Shown here one piece after another: positions 47,244 to 55,624 of a stretch of DNA of 64,000 nucleotides (position 1 is the stretch's first letter; each line of letters opens with the position of its first letter). The notes beneath the pieces are model-generated. The model saw nothing but the letters and a program-made list of their open reading frames with translations, made no database searches and was not told the origin of the DNA. The position numbers and the translations under genes are program-made. This stretch comes from a virus: IMG/VR virus record IMGVR_UViG_3300034198_012226, positions 1-64,000 of that record, one strand, 5' to 3'.

Positions 47244-48601
47244 TCGTCGCACTCCTGGAGTGGGCCGAGCTGCGCCATGATGATCGGCAGCTCGAAGGAC
47301 ACGTTCTGGATCGCCTTGACCTTCGACTTGGGCAAGGCTTCGAGCACCTGCTTGGCCTGGGCCTTGCTGATGTTCTTGATCTTGTCCGTCTCGCGGTGAT
47401 TGACCGTGAAGAAGCAGGTGTACTGCATGTTGCGACCGAACGTCAGCGAGAACGAAGTCAGCTCGGCACCGAACACGTCAACCGATTCAGCATCCTTGGA
47501 CTCGTTGGACTTGGTCTTGGCCGTCTCCAGCCACTGCTCGGCGGTGTCGGTGGCACTGGTCTCGATGTCGAACGAGATGAACGGGGATTCGCTGATGTGC
47601 TGCTTCATCCAGTCGAACGCTTGCTGGAAGTTCGCGGCGTGTACCAGGCGCACCGCACCGGCCCAGTGATTCAGGCGTTCGTCCTGGATCAGGCCACGCG
47701 GCTTGACCATGCCTGGCGTCCATTGCAGCGGCCTGCGCACGGTGTTCACCAGGTTCGGGTACAGCCTGGCACAGCGATACGACTTGTAGACCATCTCGCG
47801 GTTGTCCAGGATTTTCTGAAGCGGCTTGAAGTTCGGCACGTCTTCTTCGAGGGCGCTCAACTGCTTCGTCAGGATCAACTGCTCGATGGTGGCAAGGTCG
47901 TTGTCGTCGTAGTTGCAGAGGAAGTCCAGCCAGGTCTTTTCGCCGAAGCCCTTGGCACCGGGAATCTTGTCGCCGGTGTCGCCGACGATGGCTTTGTAGA
48001 TCGGGACGTAGCGGCAAGCGAACGGGCCGTATGGGTTCTCGACCACGCGCTGACCCTTGCTCTGCTTCCAGATCGTCACGTCCTTAGTCAGTGTAGTCCC
48101 GTCCGACAGTGCCGTCGCCAAGTCGCCGTCGTTGGAGTCGATGATCTTCTCGCCGTCCAGGTGCATACACAGGTACATGATCACGTCGTCGGCCTCGATA
48201 CCGTCCTGGGTGACCGCGATGGCACCGAGCGAGGTGAAGACCTGGATGATCATGTCGCGCAGCTTCTGGAACTCGATGTACGCCTCGTCGGGGCGATCAC
48301 GACCGGCTTTGTACTGCGGCAGGATGTTCTGGCGCATCAGCTTGCTGTTCAAGCCTTCGACCACCAGGATCATGTCCATCGGCCCCATCTCGAACTGGTT
48401 CAGCACCGAGACGAAGTGGTTGATCAGGTTCTCGTAGCCGTACTGGGCGCTGTTGACCAGCACCTTCTTCGGCTCGGGCTTCGGATTCTTTTCGGTAGGC
48501 TCAGGGGTGAACATCACTTCGATGCCGAACTCCTTGTCCTTACCCGCCAGGAGGGCCGTCCACAGCATGGACGACATGTCAACGATCAGGCGCTTTCGCA
48601 T
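47240..48601 (-). CDS. polA: Family A DNA polymerase, N-terminal part (5'-3' exonuclease plus ExoI/ExoII of the 3'-5' exonuclease)
   Basis: IEADDVI, DSNDGDL, H3TH IVGDTGDKIPGAKGFGEK; then FDIETS (ExoI) and IQNVSFELPII (ExoII) just before the stop. Confidence 0.85.
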   Translation of the reverse strand: MRKRLIVDMSSMLWTALLAGKDKEFGIEVMFTPEPTEKNPKPEPKKVLVNSAQYGYENLINHFVSVLNQFEMGPMDMILVVEGLNSKLMRQNILPQYKAGRDRPDEAYIEFQKLRDMIIQVFTSLGAIAVTQDGIEADDVIMYLCMHLDGEKIIDSNDGDLATALSDGTTLTKDVTIWKQSKGQRVVENPYGPFACRYVPIYKAIVGDTGDKIPGAKGFGEKTWLDFLCNYDDNDLATIEQLILTKQLSALEEDVPNFKPLQKILDNREMVYKSYRCARLYPNLVNTVRRPLQWTPGMVKPRGLIQDERLNHWAGAVRLVHAANFQQAFDWMKQHISESPFISFDIETSATDTAEQWLETAKTKSNESKDAESVDVFGAELTSFSLTFGRNMQYTCFFTVNHRETDKIKNISKAQAKQVLEALPKSKVKAIQNVSFELPIIMAQLGPLQECDE

Positions 48602-48643
48602 TTCTTTTCTCCAAGTTTAGGGCCGCTGTTTGCGGCCCTGGTT

Positions 48644-48943
48644 TCAACGTCGTTTTGGTTCTCGCTTGGACTGGCAGTCCACGCAGCGTATCCGGCCCAT
48701 CTCCATCCGGAGGCGGGGGAGCGGCTCGCCGCAGTCGTCCTCGACGCAGTCGGGGATCGGGAAGACGCCGGTCGCTTCGTCCTTGCGCTGATAAATCCAG
48801 CCGCCCTCGCCGTCAGGGATGCGCTCAGGCTGCGACGCCTCGCGGGCACGCTTGACGTGCTCGGCGGTGTCGCGCATGGCGATCTCGGTGCCACGGTCGA
48901 TGTCGTCGGTGCGGCTCATGTCGCCGAATTCGTCCATGCTCAT
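48644..48943 (-). CDS. TraR/DksA-like C4 zinc-finger protein
   Basis: N-terminal DDIDRG (DxxDxA-like) and CVEDDCGEPLPRLR...RCVDCQ. Confidence 0.75.
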   Translation of the reverse strand: MSMDEFGDMSRTDDIDRGTEIAMRDTAEHVKRAREASQPERIPDGEGGWIYQRKDEATGVFPIPDCVEDDCGEPLPRLRMEMGRIRCVDCQSKREPKRR

Positions 48944-49614
48944 GGCTGGAACCCTCCGATGCAGGTGCCGTTGTCGGTGCCGATGCGCAGGCCACCGCTG
49001 AAGGGGATCGAGATGCCGTGGACATAGGCGTCCCTGGCCTGGACACCCGAAACGGTGTTGACGCCAGCGATGGCCGCAGCAGTGCGCTGGCCGATCTGGG
49101 AGGCGATAATGCTGCCACTGACGGTCAGACCACCAGGACCGACCTGGAAGGACATGGCGGGCTTTTCCTGGGTCACCAGGACGTGGTCGCCGATGGTGTA
49201 GTGCTTCGGCTTGCGATCCGCATACTGGGCTTCCAGCTTCGGGATCAGGTGGTTCCAGTCGTTCAGACCGGCGACGACCTTGGTGCCATTGAACTGGCGG
49301 TCGTCAATCAGGGTGCCGCAGACCTTGGCGTCGATGATGATGGCAAGGCAGGCCAGGCAGTTGCCCAGGTGCGGGGTGCCATCTTCAGGATCGGTCTCCT
49401 CGCCTTCCCACCACTTGTAGCCGTGGCGAATGAATGCGTCGAAGTAGATCGAGGCGTAGACCGGGGTGGCACGCCAGTTGGTGCGGCCATACTTGGTCTT
49501 GCCTGCGAACAGCGCCATAGCGCCCTGGAGGATCGCCGAGACTGGGAACAGAGCCAGGGGCGGCTTGGTGCGACCGATCAGGTCTTTGGGATTGCGTGGA
49601 TCAGGGGTTGTCAT
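48940..49614 (-). CDS. dATP/dGTP diphosphohydrolase-like (DUF5664-type) protein
   Basis: NPKD..G..K.PL.L.P...GKTKYGRTNWR...RH...WWEGE..DPEDG.PHL...ACLAII. Confidence 0.8.
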   Translation of the reverse strand: MTTPDPRNPKDLIGRTKPPLALFPVSAILQGAMALFAGKTKYGRTNWRATPVYASIYFDAFIRHGYKWWEGEETDPEDGTPHLGNCLACLAIIIDAKVCGTLIDDRQFNGTKVVAGLNDWNHLIPKLEAQYADRKPKHYTIGDHVLVTQEKPAMSFQVGPGGLTVSGSIIASQIGQRTAAAIAGVNTVSGVQARDAYVHGISIPFSGGLRIGTDNGTCIGGFQP

Positions 49615-49718
49615 TATTTCTTCTCGTCTCGGGTAATAAAAATCGCGGCCGAAATTCCCGTAGGAATCGTTGCCGCGAGGAAGCATATTACCCGAATTTT
49701 TCTTCAGTGCAAGGGCTT

Positions 49719-50009
49719 TCAGCGTGTACGCCACACTCGGACGCCGTCCTGCTCGCCCTTGTCTTCCTGCCCAGGCACGACCTCGGCCAGGCTGCGGATC
49801 GTGAAGTCCTTGCCATGGCCCTTGTCGGACTTCTTGTAGCGTGTGATGGCCGAGTTGATCGTGTTCGTGTTCGCCCCGGCGATGAAGAACGAGTGCTCAA
49901 CTTCCATCGAGTCGAACGGGTAGATCGGGCGGCGACCGCCGTGATGCGGGATCGGCGGGATGGGCACGCCGGACTGGACGATGACCGTGCCAGCTTCGTG
50001 ATTAGACAT
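49719..50009 (-). CDS. Small putative DNA-binding protein
   Basis: GVPIP...YPFDSMEV..SFFI...FTIR...GVRVWR pattern common in phage small proteins. Confidence 0.6.
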   Translation of the reverse strand: MSNHEAGTVIVQSGVPIPPIPHHGGRRPIYPFDSMEVEHSFFIAGANTNTINSAITRYKKSDKGHGKDFTIRSLAEVVPGQEDKGEQDGVRVWRTR

Positions 50010-50730
50010 TCGGTTTCTCCTTCAAAATGATGTGTGGATGCAACAGCTTGACGCTGTAGGCCAGGTCGGAATCGACCCCTTCGCCATCCTGGCGCTGGAG
50101 CCACTGCCAGAACGATACAGGCACTTCTTCGAGAGGCTTGCCCTTGTACTTGGCCGAGAACGGCATGACGGCGACCCTGGTCGGCTGGTACTGATAGTCC
50201 AGCAGCTCACGGACGGTCATGCCGGTCTCGCGGACGATCAGGCGCAGGAGATCGACGGTGTCCTCGACATCATCAAGTGCCGAGTGCGAGGTGCCGTCCC
50301 GGCGACCCAGGCCGAACATGAACTTGAGCGTGGCCAGCTTGTGGTTCTCGGCCTCGGGCCAGACCTTGCGAGCCAGGCGCAAGGTGCAAAGAGCCACCGA
50401 GTTCGGCCCGAACTTGTGCTTGACCTTCGGGAAATCGAACGGCGCATTGTGGCAGACGATGATCGTATCCACACCCTCGAAATGCCCGTCGAGCACCTGG
50501 TCGAAGTATTCGTCCAGGGTCGGCTCATTGGCGACCATCTCGTTGGTGATCCGGTGAACACCCATGGCACCGAACGAGATTTTGACCTCGGGGTCGATCA
50601 GCGAACGAAGGCGATGCACCTCGTGCAAGGTGTCTTCGTCCAGCTCAATGATGCCGATCTCACAGACACCGACAGGTTCTTCGAGGCCGGAGGTTTCGGT
50701 GTCGAGGACGACGAGCTTTTCGAGTTCCAT
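50002..50730 (-). CDS. DEDDh 3'-5' exonuclease (ExoX/DnaQ-like)
   Basis: LDTETSG, HNAPFD, CTLRLAR, HSALDD; C-terminal MPF..KYKG..L..VP ExoX-type tail. Confidence 0.9.
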   Translation of the reverse strand: MELEKLVVLDTETSGLEEPVGVCEIGIIELDEDTLHEVHRLRSLIDPEVKISFGAMGVHRITNEMVANEPTLDEYFDQVLDGHFEGVDTIIVCHNAPFDFPKVKHKFGPNSVALCTLRLARKVWPEAENHKLATLKFMFGLGRRDGTSHSALDDVEDTVDLLRLIVRETGMTVRELLDYQYQPTRVAVMPFSAKYKGKPLEEVPVSFWQWLQRQDGEGVDSDLAYSVKLLHPHIILKEKPNV

Positions 50731-50993
50731 CAGCCCTCCACGACAGCCAGGATGTCGTCGCTCTGCACGACCAGGAAGTCTTCGCCTTCGACCTTGATCG
50801 ACTGGCCGCTGTAGATGCCGAAGATGATGGTGTCGCCGACACCGACCTCGGTCACGCCAGCGCCAACGGCGACGATGGTGCCCTGGTCGTGCTGCTGTTT
50901 CGTCGGGGCCGACAGGATGATGCCCGAGGCGGTCTGGGTTTCAGGGGCGATGCGTTTGACGACGATGCGTCCGGCAAGTGGTTTCAGGTTCAT
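50730..50993 (-). CDS. groES: Co-chaperonin GroES
   Basis: LKPLAGRIVVKR, mobile loop TASGIIL, GTIVAVGAG, VGDTIIF..YSG, DILAVV. Confidence 0.92.
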   Translation of the reverse strand: MNLKPLAGRIVVKRIAPETQTASGIILSAPTKQQHDQGTIVAVGAGVTEVGVGDTIIFGIYSGQSIKVEGEDFLVVQSDDILAVVEG

Positions 50994-51023
50994 TCAGGAC
51001 TCCAGTGAGTGTAGTGGTCAGAG

Positions 51024-51047
51024 AAAAGGCCCCACGAGGGGGCCTTT
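51024..51047 (-). terminator. Rho-independent terminator
   Basis: AAAGGCCCC-CTCGT-GGGGCCTTTT on the - strand after gene 51069..51944. Confidence 0.75.
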
Positions 51048-51068
51048 CCGTTTTACAGCAGCAGCCGA

Positions 51069-51944
51069 TTACTTGGCGTCGAAGTTGATCAGGGCGAAAG
51101 TCTTGTTGCCGCCCTTCTGCTTCGACTGGCGGCAGACGACGATGTCGCTTGCCTCGACCGTACCGCGTTGCACCTTGATGCCATGCGTCACCTGGTGGCG
51201 GGTGAACAGGGCGCGGGATTGCGGCGGCACTTGCAGCGCGACGATCTCGAAGTCTTCCGGCGCGATGTCGGCGTCGTTGGCGTAGGTCAGGAAACCGTAG
51301 ATGGTCTGGTATTCCTTCAGCGCCGCGTCCTTGTAGCCGTGCAGTTCCTTCAGCTCGCCGATGTAGGCTTGAACGGACATGCCGTTGTCGTCGCCCGACG
51401 AGTCGATGGTCTTGCCGTCCAGCGAGTAGCGGACGTGCTTCTTGGCCGCTTCGTCGTCGGTGCCAGGCGAGGCCACGAAACGAGCGTTGTACGACATGAC
51501 TTCGATCTTGATGGTCTTGCCCAGGTCACGGCCGGTGTCATCGCTGAAACCATCCAGACCCACGGTCACGCGGGGGAATGTGTTGAAGTCGAGGGAACCC
51601 GGCTCGAAGACGTTTTCTTTATCCGAGAGGTGTCCGACGAATTTCTTGGAGACCGCCAGCGCGCCCTTTTCCTTGGCGATTGCAACCGCCGTGGTCGTGG
51701 CTTCCTTGACCGCTTCAGCCGATGGGCGGGTCGCCTCACGGGTGTCGGCGGCGGCGTCGGCTTCCGAGCCAGGTTCCAGGTGTGTGGTCGATGCAGGTGC
51801 CGATTCAGCGTTGTCGAGGACGGCGCCAGCCAGCACGTCAGCCGGTTTGTCCATCACTGCGGTTTCGGTACCGGCTTCCATTTCCTCGAACTTGGTGTCG
51901 GTTGCTTGTGCTGCTGCTGCTTGGGTTTTTTTGCTCAGTGCCAT
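51069..51944 (-). CDS. Highly expressed replication-module protein, possibly ssDNA-binding
   Basis: Own promoter and terminator, strongly biased codons, adjacent to primase-helicase; function inferred from context only. Confidence 0.45.
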   Translation of the reverse strand: MALSKKTQAAAAQATDTKFEEMEAGTETAVMDKPADVLAGAVLDNAESAPASTTHLEPGSEADAAADTREATRPSAEAVKEATTTAVAIAKEKGALAVSKKFVGHLSDKENVFEPGSLDFNTFPRVTVGLDGFSDDTGRDLGKTIKIEVMSYNARFVASPGTDDEAAKKHVRYSLDGKTIDSSGDDNGMSVQAYIGELKELHGYKDAALKEYQTIYGFLTYANDADIAPEDFEIVALQVPPQSRALFTRHQVTHGIKVQRGTVEASDIVVCRQSKQKGGNKTFALINFDAK

Positions 51945-52070
51945 TTGAAGCTCCATTTAAGGTTGCATTGCCATTGTCAGTCTGCATAGACGGAATGCCT
52001 ATACAGTCGTAATCACGGAATGTGATCACTAAATGAACCGTTCTTTTTGGAAGTACGGTTCAGGGGTACT

Positions 52071-52099
52071 ACTCTAACTGCTCTATTTACGGAAGTCAA
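52071..52099 (-). promoter_or_regulatory. Putative sigma70-type promoter
   Basis: TTGACT-17 nt-TAGAGT on the - strand in an AT-rich intergenic region. Confidence 0.6.
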
Positions 52100-52107
52100 C
52101 ACCTGTT

Positions 52108-54954
52108 TTACCGGCGTTGTTTGAATTCTTCCACGTTGTCCTTCGCAAGGTGCGTCACGCTGAACTCGAAGACGGCGGTCGATGCCGAATCCTTCAGCGG
52201 CGACTCGCTGCACAGGGTGTCCACTGTGCCTGGGTAGGTGGACATGGCGTTGAAGTACGCCTCGAAGCTGTCGTACAGCACCTCCTCGCCGAGCGACCGC
52301 TTGTGCTTGACGTACTTGGTGAAGCAGTTCCGCAGGCGCAGGAACAGCGCATTGCCGTCCACCACGTAGTCCTCGCCCTCCAGGAGCTGGACGCTCTCGT
52401 TGTCGCCGTAACGCGACAGGAAAGCCATGGCGTCGAGCACCTTGGCGGCTTCGGACACGACCTTCGGGATCAAGGTCTCGGCGGTGTCGGTGACAGCTTC
52501 CTTCATCGCCCTGAAGTCGTCATCGAACTCGTTGCCGAAGACCTCGCGCATCATGAGCTGGCCGAAGTCCAAGCCGGTCAGCAGCACCGCGACGTTGTAC
52601 AGCGGCCGGTCGTTGTCGTCGGCCTTGCTGCCCACCTTGGAACGCACCACCTCCATGTTCCGTTCGATCTGCTTGCGCAGGCCGTCAGGTGGCATGGCGC
52701 GGGCACCGTCGATGCAGCGGCGACCGAGCATCGACAGGTACTGGCGGTTGGCCTGGCAGTAGACGAACTTCTCGCGGCGATCCTTCTTGCCCTCCTTGGT
52801 GATCGGCACAGCCACGCAGCGGTCAAGGATCGCGGTCTGGCTGATGATCGCCTCGCCCATGACCACCATCGGCGAGCGGTTCGAGACACGGGTCAGCATC
52901 AGCTTGCTCTGGCCGGTCGTGGAGCTGACCGAACCCTTGCCGATGGTGTCGCCGTTGTAGTTCGAGCGCAGGATGCCCTTCGACTTCTCCAGCAGGCGCT
53001 TGTCCATCTCACGCGGCTTGTACTCCTCCAGGATGAACGGCATCGAGCCGGAGCACGTCGCCATTTCCTCGAACACGAACTTGGTCGAGTCCAGGGCCGA
53101 CGACATCAGCGGCTCCTGGTGGAAGTAGTGGAGCCGCGCCAGCAGCTTGATCGTCTCGGACTTGCCGGAGCCTGCCGGGCCGTACACCTGGAGGAAGGGG
53201 TACTTGTTGTACAGGTGCCGGATCATCTGGGACAGGAAGGTGGACAGCATGAAGCCGAACACCCGCGCCACCACCTCGCGCTTGTTGATCTGGAACAGGT
53301 TGCGGAAGAACTCCCGAGCCTCCTCGCTGTCCTCCAGCTCCGGTGCCATGCGCAAGTCCGTCCGGAACTGCAAGTCGTCCGTCATGCTGCCAGTCAGCCT
53401 GTAGTTGATACCCAGGCTGCTGGTGACGCCGAACTGGTCGGCCCAGATGATGTCGGTCTCGCCTGTCGGGGTGGTGACCAGGTCGATGCCCTCCCTGCGG
53501 ACGGTATAGACTTGCTGATTGTTTTTCATGGTACGGACTCGGAAGATGTCGGCCAACGCGCCGATCTGGGCGTCGGTCAAAGCGATGTTGCAGCTACCTG
53601 CACTCAGTGTAAATTTCAAAAAACTGCTGCGGGATGCGAAGGCGTCCATCCCGATAATTTTCGGCCGGCTCGGGCCACCTTCGATGCTCACGTCCACTTC
53701 GTAGCCGTGGACTTCCCCGGTCACCAGGTCGAGGAGCTGCTTCGGGTTGGCCAGGCCCAGGGCCGAAGCCTTGAGCACCTGGCCATCCTTCTTGATGTAG
53801 ATGCCGCTGCCGGTGACACGGATGCCCTGGGACAGCGAGAACTCCTCCTCCTCGGCCAGCACCTCGTCGCCGCCTTCCTCCTCGGCGATGGCACCCATGT
53901 CCAGGTCGGGCGCTCGCACGTCCTTGTCCATCAGGTGCTTGATGCCGCCGACCGAGAACGAGTACCCAGGGTTCCCGTTCATGTAGGCGTACATCCTGGA
54001 CAGCTCGCGGCGGCGCTTCACCGGGTTGCCGTAACGGTCGCTGTTGCCCTGGTGGTTCTGGATCAGGCCAGCGCACGCCTCCAGGAACTCGTCCTCCTTC
54101 ATGTTCATCGCGTGGGCCGCGATGGCAAGTTGGGTGGCGATGGCCTGGAAGCCCACGTCGCCGTTCAGGTACTCGCCGTTCATGACCGCCAGCAGCGTCG
54201 GGGGAATCTTCCCGCCGAAGCTGGCCAGGATGTTCTGGTCGGCCTTTGCGTTCTTCCGGCGCTTGAGGGCCTGGTCGATCTTGGTCTGGGCCTTAGCGAA
54301 GATCAGACCCAGGTCAGGGTTGTACGTCGCCGGGTTCGGCGGTGCCATGTGGCGCGGCGTCGAGCACAGCGTCTGGTACTGCTCCAGGGTCAGGTTCAGG
54401 GCCTCCTCGACCGTGATCTGTACCTTGTGGCGACCAGTGCCCTTGCCGTCCTTCTGGCGCTCGATGTTCTTGACCCGCCACATACGGCCCTTCTTGGCCG
54501 AGTAGATGTTCAAGTCGAGCGTGTCCACGAACAGCTCGTTGGCCATCTCGCGGTAGATCAGCGGCAGCGCAGGCATCCCGCGAGGGGGCACCTTCGACAT
54601 GAACATGTTCGGGTTGAACTCGATGTGGAAGCCCCGACCGCCCGTGATGAACAGCGCGAGCTGTTCCAAGTCCACGTTCTGGTCGTCGCGCAGGTTGGCC
54701 AGCAGCTTCTTGAACTGGGCGATGACGTTCTCCGCGTCCTCGTCGTCCAGGTCAATGTAAAAAGGCCCACGATAGTGAACCTTTGCCAGCTCGTCAGCAG
54801 TCAGCTCGGTCTCGAAGCTGTTGTCGGTGTCGAGGACGGTGACGAAGGCGGGGCGCTTGTCCTTGATGACACGCTCGCGCTCGCTGGCCAAGCCCAGGAA
54901 CCACTTCCCGTCGCCCTCGTGCGTCTTCTTGTATTGGAAATACCAGGTTGTCAC
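52108..54954 (-). CDS. Primase-helicase fusion (AEP-like N-terminus, P-loop helicase C-terminus)
   Basis: FYIDLD and TGGRGFH (AEP motifs I/II), GRMWR; Walker A GPAGSGKS, Walker B ILEE, arginine finger DRC. Confidence 0.8.
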   Translation of the reverse strand: MTTWYFQYKKTHEGDGKWFLGLASERERVIKDKRPAFVTVLDTDNSFETELTADELAKVHYRGPFYIDLDDEDAENVIAQFKKLLANLRDDQNVDLEQLALFITGGRGFHIEFNPNMFMSKVPPRGMPALPLIYREMANELFVDTLDLNIYSAKKGRMWRVKNIERQKDGKGTGRHKVQITVEEALNLTLEQYQTLCSTPRHMAPPNPATYNPDLGLIFAKAQTKIDQALKRRKNAKADQNILASFGGKIPPTLLAVMNGEYLNGDVGFQAIATQLAIAAHAMNMKEDEFLEACAGLIQNHQGNSDRYGNPVKRRRELSRMYAYMNGNPGYSFSVGGIKHLMDKDVRAPDLDMGAIAEEEGGDEVLAEEEEFSLSQGIRVTGSGIYIKKDGQVLKASALGLANPKQLLDLVTGEVHGYEVDVSIEGGPSRPKIIGMDAFASRSSFLKFTLSAGSCNIALTDAQIGALADIFRVRTMKNNQQVYTVRREGIDLVTTPTGETDIIWADQFGVTSSLGINYRLTGSMTDDLQFRTDLRMAPELEDSEEAREFFRNLFQINKREVVARVFGFMLSTFLSQMIRHLYNKYPFLQVYGPAGSGKSETIKLLARLHYFHQEPLMSSALDSTKFVFEEMATCSGSMPFILEEYKPREMDKRLLEKSKGILRSNYNGDTIGKGSVSSTTGQSKLMLTRVSNRSPMVVMGEAIISQTAILDRCVAVPITKEGKKDRREKFVYCQANRQYLSMLGRRCIDGARAMPPDGLRKQIERNMEVVRSKVGSKADDNDRPLYNVAVLLTGLDFGQLMMREVFGNEFDDDFRAMKEAVTDTAETLIPKVVSEAAKVLDAMAFLSRYGDNESVQLLEGEDYVVDGNALFLRLRNCFTKYVKHKRSLGEEVLYDSFEAYFNAMSTYPGTVDTLCSESPLKDSASTAVFEFSVTHLAKDNVEEFKQRR

Positions 54955-55026
54955 ATGCCCTCCCAGGGGGCAGGCGACATGGAGCAACCGCAGTGTGCGG
55001 TCTTGATGGCGCTCATGCTGAACCCC

Positions 55027-55554
55027 TTAATTATTGATCAACGTCAGATTTACTTCTGGGTACAGCGCCCGGAAGTTCGCAGGGGTTTCCACTGCGGTGA
55101 CTCCGGAGCTGTAGTAGTCGGCCTTCGACCGCACCTTGATGAGTGCTTGGAACGACATGGCCCGTTTGATACCACCGCGAACGCTCTGGGCGTCCCAGTG
55201 GACTCGTTGTTTTGGCGGCACAGACACGAAGGCGTCGTAGTGGAACAGACGCTTCGGGATGTACGTCACAGTCATGACCTGGCGGGTGCCGAGGTCTTCC
55301 AGCGTGATCTCCGCGCCGGACTCTGCATTGGCGTGGAAACCCCGGACTTTGATCTGGGTGAGGATTTTGGGAGCGCGGTGACCACCGGCTGCGTCGAGTC
55401 CGTCAGGCTTGTACACGACGAAGATGCGGTCGATGAAGCACTGCTCCACCTTCAGGTGCTGGAAGTCGGCGCAGACCTCGCGGTCGGGCGACTCCATGCG
55501 TTTGAACAAGTCTTCCAGCGAGGCCGCGTCGGACAGGTTAAAGGGGGAACTCAT
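55027..55554 (-). CDS. Hypothetical protein
   Basis: ATG 55554 with GGAG SD and an upstream promoter. Confidence 0.65.
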   Translation of the reverse strand: MSSPFNLSDAASLEDLFKRMESPDREVCADFQHLKVEQCFIDRIFVVYKPDGLDAAGGHRAPKILTQIKVRGFHANAESGAEITLEDLGTRQVMTVTYIPKRLFHYDAFVSVPPKQRVHWDAQSVRGGIKRAMSFQALIKVRSKADYYSSGVTAVETPANFRALYPEVNLTLINN

Positions 55555-55588
55555 GCTGCATCTCCGGTCAGGTTTCTTCGAGGAAGCA

Positions 55589-55618
55589 ATTCTACGAGGA
55601 AACAAGTCCGGAGGTAAA
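55589..55618 (-). promoter_or_regulatory. Putative sigma70-type promoter
   Basis: TTTACC-18 nt-TAGAAT on the - strand. Confidence 0.5.
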
Positions 55619-55624
55619 GCACAA

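Noticed and set aside
54951-55016. 21-codon upstream ORF (MSAIKTAHCGC...) overlapping the primase GTG start
   Set aside because: Too short to support; weak SD; could be chance
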